This document shows, in pieces, positions 19,766-34,817 of a DNA stretch of 64,000 bases. The position numbers and the translations under genes were made by a program. A model generated the notes under the pieces. The model saw nothing but the letters and a program-made list of their open reading frames with translations. It was not told where the DNA came from and did no database searches. The stretch's first letter is position 1. Every line of letters starts with the position of its first letter. Source of the DNA: Flectonema sp. DT1601 (Eukaryota); assembly GCA_964019425.1 (NCBI GenBank), contig OZ025793.1, positions 1 through 64,000 of the forward strand. Reading direction: 5' to 3'.

Positions 19766-22700
19766 GAGAAAAAAAAGAGGAAAAAAAACGCGAAGGGAAA
19801 AAGAAAAGAAAGAAGAAAAGAAAGAAGCAGAGAATAAAATAATATTTTAGAAAGGGTAATTATTGACTTCATTTAAGACACTGCAACCAATAAAACGGTA
19901 CCCTTGGGAGAACTATTGCAGAGAAATGATCACGCACTGGAACCCCAGTGAGACGTATTAAGCGAAAAGAAAGGGGAAATGTAGGAATTGTGTATTTATT
20001 CTCAGCAATAATGAAAATAATTGAAAACACCTAAAGCGTGCTTTCCAATCTAACCGAGTTGCGTAAGATGCGCATGTGGTAAAGAAGCTGCCTTACTGTC
20101 ACAAATAATGTCAGTGGCGACTCTTCTTCACATTAGTGATCCAACACACTGCCGTAATGAATTCCAATATCGAACGCTTCTGTCCATTTCTGTTCTTCAG
20201 TTTCTCAAATAGAACTTCTTTATGAGTTGGGTGATGGAGCAGGATTTAGAGGGAATTGAGCAGCAATGCAAAAAGCTGTATTAGGTTCAGATGACCAAAT
20301 TATTCTTCATCTCAAGAATTTGTATAAGTTGCGGTACTTTTGATCAACGGCTCGTTCACAAGCAACGAAGATCATCAGCCACATCATCTCTTTGCAATTA
20401 CTACGGGTTCGAGAAAGTACCAAGAAAGTGAACGCAAGAGCGGTATATGTCCGTATGTTATGTTAAAGACAAACGTTATGTCCAATAACGGAATACACTG
20501 CAGTCGTGTGAAATAGTTTCAAGGTTTTTATGCGGTACACAGAAAAAATCATAATAATAATAACAATAATGTACAGAAAGTTGGAAACGGATTCGCTCAT
20601 CGAAAAAAATGTGGGGAAACGAGAACTCAACAAGTAGCAAAATACTACAGCACAGCCTTGTTTTAAACGCTGCTTATCTTTTCTACAATCATTCCTGTGC
20701 AACACAGAATGTTGGCATCGTGCCTCCTCAAAAGGAGTCAAGAAAATATAATAAACGTCAACAACTTGTACTGTTGGTATTAACTTACTTTTAATAAAAT
20801 CCATTCTCTTAACGCGGAATGAATTCAAGACGAGGAAAAGTACCTTTTCAACCACTACTAAAATATTATCCTTTTAATAAGTCAATCGTTCGTTTTTTTA
20901 TTTTCTTAAATTTTTTTTCTTTTTTTTTGCATTTTTCATCGAACCGAGTCGCAAAGAATCCAATTTTTTTCATTTATTTTTTTTTTAATTCGGCATCTTG
21001 CGTTGAACGATGATCAGGACTGTGGCGAACTATTCTGCACGTCTCAAGAAAATAACCATGAACGATGACAACAGAGGAAGAAAACAACAACAGGGATGGG
21101 GTTCGCGGGTACAAGTACGAAAGAACGGAAATCATTACATGCTTCCGAAAAATACCCGAAAAAAAGCTCATCAAGCCAATGGCTATATTAATAACCCCAC
21201 CCCATTCGTGTTGGGCAGGCAACTCACTTTTTCGAGGAATGCAAAGACGGTACATGTCGAACTGTCGTTCCTCAAAAGAAGTGGTACAAGGGGGAGAAGG
21301 AATAAAAACATCAAATATGAAGTAAAAAGGATAATAAAAGAAAACAAATTATTAGCATTCACATAGCGTGAGTCGTCAGAGTACTTCGTAGAAGCACAGT
21401 GATCAGTAGATTGAATATTGACACACAAATAATAGAAACTACAAACATAATAAAAAGAATCAGGAAGAAGTTATCCCCCCCAAGTAGAATATTGAATAGC
21501 GAGAGGTGTGATTTAGCAACGTAGCCATGGCACTGTAGTCCCCGACACCTCACTTGGTATGGGGGTGAATAGAAGTGCTTCAAGGATCACGTCTTAAATT
21601 ACATTTAAAAAAATAGAAACTGAGTAATTCTGTTTTGTAATTTGATTTGGTACTCTTAAATAGTACTTCTACCTCACTAATTAGGCTCCAAAATCAAAAA
21701 TTATCAAAACCTGAACGACTCAACTGCCCGTAGTTCCAAACAAAGTTTCTTAAAGTCTTTTAGTTCCACAGCAAACATCCTTCCTGTGATGAAGTCTCGT
21801 GACTAAGATTTTTATTCGCGGATGGGGATGCAATTAAAGTTCTGAAAACAGCTTTCGCTGTAACGGTACTCAAAACAGTTTTTTCTGCTCATTCCATTTC
21901 ATTCGAAACAGAAATGGAGACTGCATTCCTGCCGATATCCTGCGAGTTTAAAGTTGCTTCTCGTCAAATACAACATGTGCTTACGAACTGAATATAGAAA
22001 GAACGTTTCTCGAAGATATCAACACCTTTCTGGGATGAGCATTTATTTAAATATCGCGAGTTCTTACTTCATGCTGAGTGAGACCACAAGTCCTGCAGAA
22101 GCGGTTCATTATGATCTCAAAGATAAGATGGGTCATAAAAACGACCTGCTTACTGCGGATTATCTATTGTTGGATTGTTGCATTCCATCGGGGGGGGGGT
22201 TTGCATTTAATTTTCTTTTTCAGATGATAAAGAGTATCGTAAGCAGCTACACTTCATCGAACCTCAACCGATGACCACCGCGAACATTACGGGCAGTGAT
22301 CGCTCCGTTACCTCACCAGATAAGTTTTCATTTCTTTCAGATGTTTATAAAATGTATCGAATAAGAAAAATCGGTTCCAAGATTGCGACAAGCGCAAACA
22401 TAATAACAAAAACACAACACAACATTATACACAACAATAGGTGGTATTCTCCTCTTGTTGGAGACAACTTCTTAGATAGTTGACAAAGTCGTAAAAACAC
22501 ACTCAACAAACCTCAAAGAAGCGTCAGGTTGAACAGGATCACTAGTCTCAAGGTACGCATTCATCTCAAGAAGTATTTTCGCAGAGGTTCGTCCTAAATG
22601 GTGAATAGTTGTCATGCAGAATACCAACTATAGTAGTTAACAAATCACAAAAAAAAACCAGTTTTCATATTGAGTTTCGTTAGGCGTTCGTGTGTAGACA

Positions 22701-25700
22701 AAATAATTAGCAGAGACTCCTCTAACTGTGAAGGGGGACTCTGGAGGGTTTCATCGTATTTTCGTTCACTTAGCGTGTATTGAATAATAGGTTTCGACAA
22801 TCGAATTTGACACGTGTGTGTAGTTGGAATCGTGTAGGGGTCTGAACACCAAATGAGTTGCTGCAGTCGAATAAAATAATAAACAAAAACTATGACTAAA
22901 CCAGGTTCCAGAATTGTTTTGATTTGAGGGGCGCATCGTAACTGCGATATCTCCGTGCGGACTGGTAACGCAACCAAGGTGTCATCCCTCACTCGGAGAT
23001 AAGATACAAAAGTATTATTTTCTTATCCTTTTTTTTTTTTTTTTTTTTTTTGATTATAATGCAAAACAAAAATAACAGGAACCTCATAAAGCCAGTTCTT
23101 GTTATTAAATTGTGTACTCTTCACGAGCAACTCTTCTTTTGTTGGTTCTTAGAAACTGAGCCTGAAAGTGATGGTGGGAGAGATAATTAGAACCAAAAAA
23201 AGGGTAATAATTGGAATCGAGGAGATTAACAGCTTTCTCTTGTTTTGGGTTGAGCTAATGTTCAGTTTTTTTTTTTATTATTATCATTTTCTTTTTTTTT
23301 TTTCTTGTTTAATTCTCAATCAGACCTGAATGGAAACAATAAATGAAAAAGAGAGACCACTAGAACCAGAGTTCTTTTTTTTTTTTTTTTTTTTTTTCTC
23401 AATTAAATGTCAGTAATAAGTTAAGACAGACGCTAGACATTAGTAATGATAACAGTGAAGGAAAAGAAAGGTCTTCAGATTCAAAAAGTGCTGCAGACTC
23501 AATAAAGAAAAAGTAAAGGTATAAGAAGTAGAAAGAACCCCACAATGAATATTAAAAAAGCATGGCTACAGTAGTTAGTAGCCACACGAAAGAAATGCAG
23601 ACAGACAGCACAACTTTTTATTTCCAATTTGTTTCCGGTTCTCTGCTCTTCTTATAAAATCCAAGAGTTACTTTTCAGTTGGACTTCAATAAGGGACCAC
23701 AACGCGAAGCAAATAAAAAGTTTAGTACCACTCTGTAGCAAGAAAATGAAGTGAGAAACGGGTAAGGGAGATAATAAAGAAAGAAGAAGAATAATTGGCC
23801 TATTTAGTAGCAAATAAGTAAATGGCTCCAAGAAAATAGAAAAAGTGATGAAAGTGCTGGAGAGGAAGTAAGGTAGTTGGTCAGCGGGATGGGTGGTGTG
23901 CGCTGCCTACTTCATTTTTGAGTAACAATTCGTAGACTTACAAATAATTGGGAAAAAAAAACTTTGCATTAATATGAACTTGCAGAATATAAGAGGGGAC
24001 TGCAAACCTTTGTCACTACCACAGAGTGTGAAGAGCTCTTTTCGCCAAAACTATCGGGGAAGAAAAAATAAAAATAAATAACAAACAAATACTAAAAGAA
24101 ATTCAAAAGAAAATAGAAACATGCATTTGTCGAGCTGCCGATCACGCACAGCAAGAACGCACAAACGAAAACTCCCGGCTATCACAATTACTTCGCGCGC
24201 TAGACAATCGTTAGGCTCATTAAGGGATTACTTAAAAGTGTTTATTTTCAAAAATAAATCGTTTGTATGTGAAGTAAGTCAATTCCCTTAGAATGGACAC
24301 AAAGAGAATGGATCTACAAACCAACACTCTCCGTAGTGGTGGCAATATCCGATTATAGAAAGTGAGAAAGAGAAAGATGAAACTGAAGCTGAATTCCTTT
24401 AACTGCAAGGTTTTCACAGCAGGGAAGATAGAAATCGACTTCCCCAGAAATTCAATCACCAACAATAATACGTATCAAGCCTGCACAAAGAAATAACAAC
24501 TTGTTCTGTTTTTCACCAAACTAAAATCAACAAAAAGAAAACCATAAGAGAGAGGAGAACAAAATGCAAGAGAGATAAGATAGAGAGAGAAAAAGGATTA
24601 AGTTCCGTAAATGAATGAGAATGAGAGATATATTCCAGTCATACACGAAACAGTACAGTTGACATGCAGCACTTGACGCCACGACAAAATACTGCGAGAC
24701 ATCCGTACACACAACAAGAAAAGACTTTTCTCGTCTACCATGAGCTGGATTCCAATTGATTCCACAACGGATGGTGAGCTCGATTATAATTTACGGACTT
24801 CCTTACGAGCATTGATGCTTGTAATGACAACAACAAAAGAGAAGAGGAAGCGTCCGCTGGTGAGAAAGACGATTTACAAATGAACTTTAAAAAAAACAAC
24901 AAGAACAAAGCAGTTTGCAAATACTTTCATTTGGGATGAGAGCTGCAAGGCTGCGATGGAGAAATGACAAGCATCTGGTGAGTGCAGTACTTCGTCACAT
25001 TACAGAAGAATTTCCAACTCCCGTTGCAGTGCAACAGGCTGATTGCAACACTGCATCAAGTAGCTGACCATCTACCTGGTGACGATGTGCAGCAACTCAA
25101 ACAGAGTGACCCACACTCTACACAACGTTACTAAGTAAAGTAGTAACGCCTTGTCATAAGGGACTCCCAATCATTATACGATCAGGGAAAAGGCGCGAAG
25201 CTGCGCGCGATCACAGATTAAACTGTACCTTTGTTATTTGTATCATTTGAGGCAAAGCGATTTACCTTTTTTATTATTTGTTCGCTAAAATACTAACAGA
25301 CTACTAAATCCATTCGTCTTGTTCCGTTGCAACCTCACGAGGGTCACACAAACAAAGTTTTGGACTGTTGGTACGCACTCAACACAATGTAACTAATAAT
25401 AAGAAACAAGTAGCACACGTTAAGATAACATCTTGCCGTCTATTCAATAAGGCAAGCCTTGGACAAGTATCAAACGGGTTGACAACAAAGCACGAAAATT
25501 ACAAAAGTAAAGATATGACGCACCTTAAGACGCGGCGGGTAGCGAATTCATTTGTGTGATTGATGCACTTTGTTGACTTCAAAATAGTAACCTTGACACG
25601 GACTTGAGGAAGTAAATAAAAATAACCAAAACTAAATGAGGAAAAAAAGAAAGCATCCGTAACAGCCGCAACCAATACGAAGTAAGAACAGGAGATTAAC

Positions 25701-28700
25701 AGCTGGTGAAAATTCTTTTTCTTCTTCACTAACCGACAGGAGTGGTAGACTAGGAAAATAGGAAATAAAAACGGGAAAAAGCCTCTTAGTTCAACAAGGC
25801 ACATGCGTAGACAATAAATTTCACTAACTAAAACAATAAATTACTTTGAACCAGATCCTACTCAAAGTATTGCCGAGTAACAACTCAGTAACAAGAAGGA
25901 CCTGCTACACAAGGCCCAAACAGATAGAGAAATGGGAACACAGATGAAGCGATATAATTGAACGTGTTGCCCCCGATATGGGCACGTTTTTTTTTTTTTC
26001 TTTGCTCTCTTGGTTTTCTCTTTTGAGAGACGTTTTATTAGTTCTTTTATTTTAAATACATCATTTGTGAACAGCAGTTATTCATATTTAGGAAATCTTC
26101 CGAAATATGAAGCTGGTAGTTCAGAAACCTTCGACTGGTAGTTCAGAAACCTTCGACTGGCTGTATTGTATTCTGGTATTATTTTTTATTGTATATTATT
26201 CCAAGTTACCAACTTTGTAAGCACCCCAAGAACGTTTTTCACACTCATCATTCATGTTGGGGTCATGAAGCGATAGCTTCACTTCAGACCAGAATTGCTA
26301 TTTTTTTTTTTTTTTTTAATTATAAATATATTCTACTTGTCAACTCTGTCACCACAACAACGTGTACTACAAAAAAGAACTGGAGGCAGTGAGAAAAACA
26401 GGAGCGGGAAAGAAGGGGTAGAACTGGAAACACATTCAGAACCCAAAAAAAAAAAAAGGAAAAAAAAAAACAGAACTATAAACAGATAGTTGGGAATAAA
26501 TTTACGAAAGGGGTAAAATTGAAACTTTGGGGGAGAGGGGTTTATTTAAGAAAGAACATGGGTTTGGATTTATTTTGTTGGTTATAATCTCGCTAGTTCC
26601 TTTTTGAAAAACATATTTATCAAAAAAGGAAGGCCTGCACCACACACACTGTCGCAACAACAGAAGTGGTGCATTATAGATTTACCGTCTTAATGGATTC
26701 TATTTTCGTCATAACCTCAAAGGAAAGCATCAGAACACGATGTAGGAATGGGTTTCCAAACCGTATTGACTAAAGAAAACAAATAAATAATAAATAAGGG
26801 GTGCGAACATTATTATCACCCCCAAAAACGCCAAAGTTGGCAAGTCGCATAGGTTATGTTTTATTCAGGGATTCCTTTTTTTTTTTTTTTTTTATCCTTA
26901 TTTTTCTTATACTTTCTTTTTTGAATACATCCCTTCAATCAAACTTAACGAACTTTTTTTTTAAATACTTTTCTTCAACGAGTTCGATAATGAATCCCAA
27001 CAAGAGTAGAGACTTAACCAAACTTCAGCAGTCAAATGTGTTAATTACAGTGGTACGGTGAGTACGGTGGGTACAAAGATCAGTTAGTAATAACGTTCAT
27101 GCTCATCAACTAAATTATAAAAAAAATAACAAGAAATAAACACAAATACTCAACAGTAAAATGATTAAAAGCGAATAGCTTCCTACGATGAGGATCAGTG
27201 TTAGGTAAAAGAACAATCAAAACCGATGATACCAGCGACCTGCAATGGGGAGCACATGCGAAAGGACTTCTTCGGCAGTTCAACGTGCTCGAGGTAATAA
27301 AAAAAGAAATTAAAGTAAAAGAGCTTCAATAAACGCTCCGACTTACCCGTTCACGATTCAGAAAAGAATTAACGAGGCGTCAAAGTGTTGCAAAAGTAGC
27401 TCTAAAAATTACACTTTATTTCGGCAAAGACGCTGCCGACAATGAGAAAAAGAAGAATTTCTCCGTTTATCAAACATACAATGTCAACCTGATAGTAGAA
27501 GTTATCAGTGCACTGTATGATGGATGAGGACAATCACTTCTATTATTTCTGCTAAAACAAAAAATCGAAATCAACTTCCTTAACACTTGCACGTGCAAGA
27601 ACCGTTTGAGGTTCGGTACGCATAAAGAAAACTGAATCTTTTTTTTTCCGCTCTCCCCTATTTTTTTTCCCCCTTTGTTTGTTTACCTCAAAACTTGGAT
27701 TTACTCAGGTAAAAAATAAAACAAAAGACGTCCGATTGCCGGCTCATACGCGTTAATGCTGCCTGCCCACAAGAAAGCCTTGTATTAAAAGAGTGAAGCT
27801 GTGGTGAAGGCGCCAGCGTTTATTTCGTAAAACAGATACGACTGAGCGCAAAGGACATAACAACTATAAAAAGAGAAATATGCGCCAACATCACAATTAA
27901 AGTGGAGGCGACCTGGGGGTAGAGATCGAGCTGGTTAGAGTTGTTTTTTCACATACTGCATCATAAGGAATAGTGTAGCAAGCTAACCAATCACAGCAAG
28001 AATACCAACCTGAGGATTGTAATATAATGAGTTCAGGATTGGGGACTTCCTTGGGGACTGGATTACAGTTTTTATTTTTTCTCGGGAGTTGGGGAAAAAA
28101 GTTAGCAGGGGAAGAGAGTATGACAATAAAAATGGATACCTTAGTCAATCGAACAAATAGTAGGACTGAAGAAAGTACGGGTGGGGTAGTGGAAGTGGAA
28201 GTGGGGTAAGTATTCTTTAGTGTCTTTTGTTCCTTATTTTGAATCCCAAAAAGGTTAAAGATCTTCATAACTCCAACCCTCTCATCTGATACTAGTCAAC
28301 TGCCGCAGGTAACAAACAGAAACAAAAGAATTAGTCGAAAGGATCAATTTTATTCAAACTTGAAAAATCATTTGTCTTTGCACAATCATATTACTGGCGG
28401 TATGAATTCGAAAGAAAACTGCTTAACAACAACAGATGATCTTATGTACGAGGCAATCATGATTACCCAGAACAAAGACAAAAACAATGACGCGATACCA
28501 AGTAAAGTAGAAGAGTAACAAATATCGAAAAGGGGACCAAGAAGGTATTGTCTATTATTATGCGAGCAGAAACTAACTCGATACTCCCTGCTTTTACTTC
28601 TTTTTACAAGTTCTTTTTTATTCCATTTCTTTCAACTTAGAGTTTTCACCATAACATCAATAAAAAAAAATAATCGCAATTTTTTTTTTTTGTTTGTTGG

Positions 28701-28822
28701 TTGTTGGTTTTTTTTTTTTTTTTTGGGGGGGAAATTTGATGGGGGAGGGGAGAGAGTGTAGTGTAATGAATATATAACGGCAATAAAAGCCCGTGAGTTT
28801 TTCTTAAATTTTTTTTTTCCAC

Positions 28823-29407
28823 TTACGCAGAGAGGGTTTTCGTCACAGCCAAGGCTGTTACGACCACTTCTGATATCCAACACCACAGCGAAGCCAGTTG
28901 GACGAATGGCCAGGTAATAATATGTGCTCCAATACTGATTGCATTGAAATCCCATACTTCTTCAATCTTGCTGCATCTCCAGTCAGTACCGTCTTCAGTT
29001 TCTTCTTCTGTAAGGTGCACGGAGTGAAATAAATGAAAACTAAAAGGACTTATTATGTACCGAAGTAGTGTCGTAGTCGAGTACTCGATATTTGCTTCTA
29101 TGAGAACGCTGTCGTTTTTCCCGCTAAAGCTGGATTTCACTGTGTATTTTATATTAAAAAGGTATTGAATTAAAGCATACATCAGTAATATAACTTTTGT
29201 ATTTTCGTCAACTTTTAATAAAGGGTTTTTAAATGATGCGCCTTCACTAAGAAATCCTTTCCCTGCAGATGGGGTTTCGTGCATCTCTTTCACTTGCGCT
29301 GCGATGCCAGCAGCATCGATATTACTACTCGCCGTTGATGAAGTGCTGCAACAACTTTGACTTCTACTCAATCGTCCTCCCTCTCGTATTTGATAAGCTT
29401 CCGACAT
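28823..29407 (-). CDS. Hypothetical protein, about 194 aa
   Basis: Long ORF in AT-rich DNA. ATG at 29407 follows an AAACAG acceptor-like site. Ser-rich N-terminus, then a globular-looking C-terminus. Confidence 0.55.
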   Translation of the reverse strand: MSEAYQIREGGRLSRSQSCCSTSSTASSNIDAAGIAAQVKEMHETPSAGKGFLSEGASFKNPLLKVDENTKVILLMYALIQYLFNIKYTVKSSFSGKNDSVLIEANIEYSTTTLLRYIISPFSFHLFHSVHLTEEETEDGTDWRCSKIEEVWDFNAISIGAHIITWPFVQLASLWCWISEVVVTALAVTKTLSA

Positions 29408-32257
29408 TATATATTGGATTGTGTTGTCTGTTTTTTTTTGTTTGAATAAATTATTTCTCGACGTCGTAATAATATTAGAACTCACACATCATATTTTTTA
29501 ATATTCTGATTTGTTTGTCAAATTAAATATAAGCAACACAATTGAACAGCTGAACAACTCGTCTTCACTCACCCCAGAAATTAGACTCGATAAAGCTGAG
29601 GTGAATTGGGGTAAAAAAAAGTATATAAGAAAAAAGAAAAAAAAAAGAAGCAAATCAAGAAAAAGGGGGAGCGGGAAATTGTTCAGAAAAAGAAAAAGGG
29701 GGAGTGCAGTTGTGCCAAAATTAAGTCTTTTTTGAAAAGCTAAAAGCAATACTTGAGTGAACATGTAAGATTACAAAGAACAAAAGACTCGACACAACCA
29801 AGCAACCCACAGTGATTCATAAAGGTATAATTGAAAAAAGAAAGAATTTGGTAGTCTTTTTTTTTCTTTTTCATTTTCCTTCCTTTTTTTTCTTTCCAGA
29901 TTTGCCAATTTTATAGCTTTTTTTTTTTTTTTTGGTTTATTTGTTATGTTACTTTTACTTGACATTTTTTTTTTTTTTATATACTCGTATCCATTCACCC
30001 TCCCCCCCAGAAAAAGAAATCAGAAAGAAAAGAAAAAAACATTGGGCAGAGGAACGAGGTCTGACAGCCTGTGGTGGAACAACTATTCATGCAGAGGGAA
30101 GGAAGAATTTCAAAAAAAAAGGGAATGGGGAATGAAACAATGAAAAGTAAAATAAAACGCCTGTTACCCAATACCTGTCATCATAAAAGAGCTAAAGAAG
30201 AACAACTTCAGACAATAAGAACATTGTTATCTTCTTGTACAACAATGATCATTCACCACCTCGCAACATAATATAAAAAAAAAACGAAATGGATCAAGGG
30301 GAGAACAGCAATGAAAAACAGCTAGGGTCGAAAATTAGAACTCCACTTTAGAGTTTCCTTTTTTTTTTTTTTGGTTTTTTTTTCTGATGTTTTTTGATGA
30401 TTATTTTAATTTTTTTTGCTTTTTTTTTTTAGTTTTTACTTTTTTTTTTTTTTTTTTTTTTCTTGTGTGTTACCCAGACGAGTCGTTGTGACGAAGTACT
30501 GGAAATCTGGGTAACATCACCGAACTGCTGATGACATTTTCTTTTCGTTCGTTCTTTCTTACCCACAGCAACACGACTTTTAAAAAATGCCCCTGCAAAC
30601 GTTTAGCTCTGTAGCATTCCTCAAAGAGAGGTAGCAATAAAGCAATGAAAGCTCCAGGAAGCAGAAATAATAATAAAAAAGAGAGAGCTAGCTGTTCTTC
30701 AGTTGGGATGAGTAACGCGGAGCGTTGCTTAAATGGGAATTGTATATGTGTGAAACATCTTCTGCATTCTCTTTGAGAAGTCTCACGTGTGATTTGCACT
30801 GTTGTGCTAAAGTGGGATTGGATTAAAAGAAAAATAAATCCTCTTCAAAGTATGCTGCAGAGCGAAGCCCCCGACACTATGAAGTAGAACTCGTTCCTTT
30901 TACAATTTTCTTTTGCGAAGTATAACCTTTTCAAGGTGTTTGCATATTTTTTATATGTTTTGTTTTTTATTATTGTTTTTCCCTCCCCCAGTCAATTTTT
31001 GAGGTGACAGGGGAGGGGGCGATACGCGTTTTTGTGCGTTTTTTTTTGTCGTTTTTTTTTGTCATTTTTTTTTTTTTTTTTTAATTTTTTTTTTGTATCG
31101 AATTTCTCCTATATTTTCCTTTCATTTTGCATGTGTGGCTTAAAAAAAAATAAAGTGGACATCATTATTCTTTCAAAGAAAAACCCGGAGATTAGGATAG
31201 GTAAGATGATACGAGGTGGGTAGCTAAGATCCTTTCGTTGTTCTTGTCTTCTTCTTTTCTTTTGTCAGGATTTGAGTACCAGGCTTCGGGAAAAAAACGG
31301 GGATTGGGAGGACGGGAAAAAAAATGGGGCTCTTGTTGGTTATTAAAACAATTTTCAAAAAAGAGAAAAATGGAAAACAAGAAAAAAAATAAAACAATAA
31401 AAAAAAACTCTTGCGGAAAACAGCTCCAGATAGCTTAGAGCATGCATACTCACAAGGTAAAAGTGGGGAGCGAATGACAACGGACCTACGGAAAAGAAAA
31501 GGTTTGGATTGGGGCGAGGGAACTTCAGTTTTTTAACTTGAGATTTGGGGTAGAACTGTTTAAGGTTTTCCTTGGTATCTTTTTTTGAATGTTTAAGATG
31601 ATTTTTTTTTTTTTTTTTTTGGATATTTTTCTGCTGTTTAAATGTTTTGTAGTTTTTTTTTTTTTTTTTTGGCCGCGCTCATCGAAAACCAACCAACGAA
31701 CCCAAATCAGACTAGTAGGAAGGAACTAAGCATGTATGTGTGCTCATTGCGTGGATAAAATTAATGTGCCATTCTGTTAAGGAGAAGCAAATAGTTGATA
31801 GGCAAGACAGAGACGCGCTTTTTTTTTTTTTTTTTTTTAAATTATTCTGTTTTGTTCCGAGCGAGTCATTCGTCTCCGTTTCTCTCTTCTTCCTTTTTTT
31901 TTTTTTTTTTTTTCTCTTTTTTTCTTTTTCATAAAGAATGTCAAAACTCATTAACAACAAAAATGGGGCGGGAGAGAAAAAAAAAACAGAAACGTGTTTG
32001 AATTTCTGCTTTCTTATTTTCAGGGTTGCTTATATATGTAAATTTCGACTTGTTTTTAATTTTTATTTTTATTTATTTTTTTTTTTTTTTCGTATGGCTT
32101 GCACCATTTTTTTTTTTTTTTTATTGTTTTTTTTTAGTTTGTGGTTTTAGTTGAACCTGGGATTTTAAAGTTTTTTTATATTTGCGATCTCGGTTTTTTT
32201 TTTTTTTTTTTTTTTTCTTTTTCCCCAATTTTTTTTTTATTTTCCGGAATTGTCTTC

Positions 32258-32288
<31 letters not shown>

Positions 32289-33017
32289 CAAAAGCAAAAA
32301 AGAGTTTTTTTAGCACAGAGAAAAATTCTTCTTTCGTTGTTCCCTCAAAATAGGTAGAGAGGTAGAGACTAGTTGTTTTTTTACATGCTCGGCCAGCATG
32401 CCTCAGCCCAAATAAAATAAAAATGAAACAGAAAATAAAATCTAAGAACCTTGGGACCAAAAGAAACAGTTTGAACAAACGGCAAGACAAGAACTGGCAA
32501 CTTAAACCTCTACTCATGCAGCTGCAGATCAAACGGGAGACACACGCAGTTCAAGTTTTTTTTTTTTTTTTTGGCATTTCATTTTCTTCTTCTTTTTTGG
32601 CATTCATCTCAAGATTCTTTAAAAAAAAAAAAAAAAAAAAGGAAAATGGCGACAATAGAAGGGATTAAAGACTTACTTCATTGTAAGAACGTAACACCCC
32701 ACTGTCTTCTTTGGAATTAGGTTCAATCAGGGGTTCGAAAGAATAGCAAATAGAAGATAAAAAGTTAAAGGAAGATAAAGAAAGAGAAAAGTCACCAAGG
32801 AACGCTACTCACCCCTTGCGAACTTGAGGTTTTACCCAAACAGTATTTCGCTGAAGGCGTGTTGTTAATGGAGACGAGAGAGATAATGAGTTCCATGTGT
32901 CCCATTTGTAATTATTGTTTTTGTTTTTTTTATTTTTTTTTTTTTTTTTGGCTATTGTGACTTCTCAAATAAAGAAGTCAACACCAACGAAGGGAAGGCA
33001 GAATGGAAAAAAAAATT

Positions 33018-33052
<35 letters not shown>

Positions 33053-33721
33053 TGGAAGGGTTCAAATTGTCCGTACAGACTTACGGAAATAATAACCCTG
33101 TGTTGGTAAAAAATTAGATCTTTTGCATGTCGTCAAATTGGGACCATTGGATTTCACCAGAATCGCCGTACGTTAGAATTCCACTACCGGGAATTTGATC
33201 CTTGTTGGTTTTAATTGCGATTTCGGTTTTTCCAAGCGGATTGCGAATCTGTTTTTTTTTTTTTTTTTTTGATGTCCCAATGGAACTTTTTTTTGGACCA
33301 AAATACACCGAACTGGGGATTTGTATCAGCTAAATCAAAAAATTTTCATATAAAAATGTTATCAGCAACCGAGAGCTCTGAACTGTCAAGTTGCAGTTCT
33401 GAATACAGTGAGCACGTCTCCTCTTCTTCATATTCCTTGCTGCCTGAGTACCCAGAGGTGGCAAAGTGAGCTTTTCGACAGCGAAAAAGGAGTGGGAAAC
33501 AGCTGCGCCGTTGTGAGACCCAGCGGGAAAGGGTCTACGGAGACCAAGAAGCTGAGCGACAATCCGTGCCCAGCAATTAGTGCTGGCAAGAAGTACAAGT
33601 TTTCTGCAAATGAACCGATGCATGAAAAGAAAAGCAACGTTTCTTCGATCCTGTTGAAGCGACACACTTGTCAGGAAGGTACAAAGGCGTTTTGTATGTC
33701 TCTTGGCGTTGATGCCAACAG

Positions 33722-34777
33722 CTACCACTGATATCGGAGGGCAATGAGAACAAGGACGGGTGTTTTATTATAACCCTTTTTTTGTTTACTACTCAAGAAA
33801 ACTAAAATGCAAAACAGAACATACCTGAATTTCGTAATCACCAAGCTTGGTAAACATCTCCTCTAGTGTTAGATAAAGTGCGCGAGTGTCGAATTCAGGG
33901 TCGGAAGCGACATCAGCAAATGAACGTCCATCCAAAGCAGGGAACTTGTTAACAAGAAGTTTAGTAATCTTCTTAATACTGTCAGTGTCATAGTGCTTAG
34001 CACGTCTGCCGTTTGCTTTAACACCAGTGTCAAGGCTCTTCACTTCTGCTTCATGGTTTTCTGACGTTAGATACATAAGTGGGTCGGTGTGTCGCTTCCA
34101 GGTCCCAACCGGAATGTGTAAAGAAATTGGCTTTATGAGTTGCTCCAAAACTAGTTTCAAGTCGTTGTGGAATTGCAAGTGCTGCTCTTGGTCTAAATCC
34201 TTAAAAGTACCCTTACCGGTAGTAGGTTGAATAATGAACTGGTTTACGGAGCCAGAGTCCTGATATGGAGGAGGTGGTGGTGGTCGTTGGTCAAACTGAA
34301 TGTGACAGAGAAGTGTTCCAGTTCTCACCTTCATGACCTCAAATAAAGGGTTTGAAGGCAACTCTGGCGGTTCGTCATCATCGAGAGCTGGGGCATCTTC
34401 AACATTCTCCTCTTTCTCAAGTTGTGATAGCATGGATTCCTCAGGAACGGATGCAGCTGGAACATCTGGCTGTGGAGGAGTGCTTGCAGCTGGAGCTGGC
34501 ATTTGAGTTGCCATGCCGAGTATTTTCTTAATATTACTTTCATCATCAAATGAACCCCCTGATAACGTTGGCATTTCCTGTTGCTGCTGTTGTTGTTGTT
34601 GCTGCTGCTGCAGCTGTTCTTGTTGTTGTAGCTGTTGTTGCTGTAGCTGTTGCTGTTGCTGTTGTTGCTGTAGCTGCTGCTGTTGCAGCTGCTGCGCTAA
34701 CTGCTGCTGTTGCTGTTGCTGTAGCTGTTGTTGTTGTTGTTGTTGTTGCTGTTGTTGTTGCTGCTGCTGTTGCTGTA

Positions 34778-34817
<40 letters not shown>

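Noticed and set aside
26113..26160. 22-bp tandem duplication CTGGTAGTTCAGAAACCTTCGA x2
   Set aside because: A simple slippage duplication with no associated structure.
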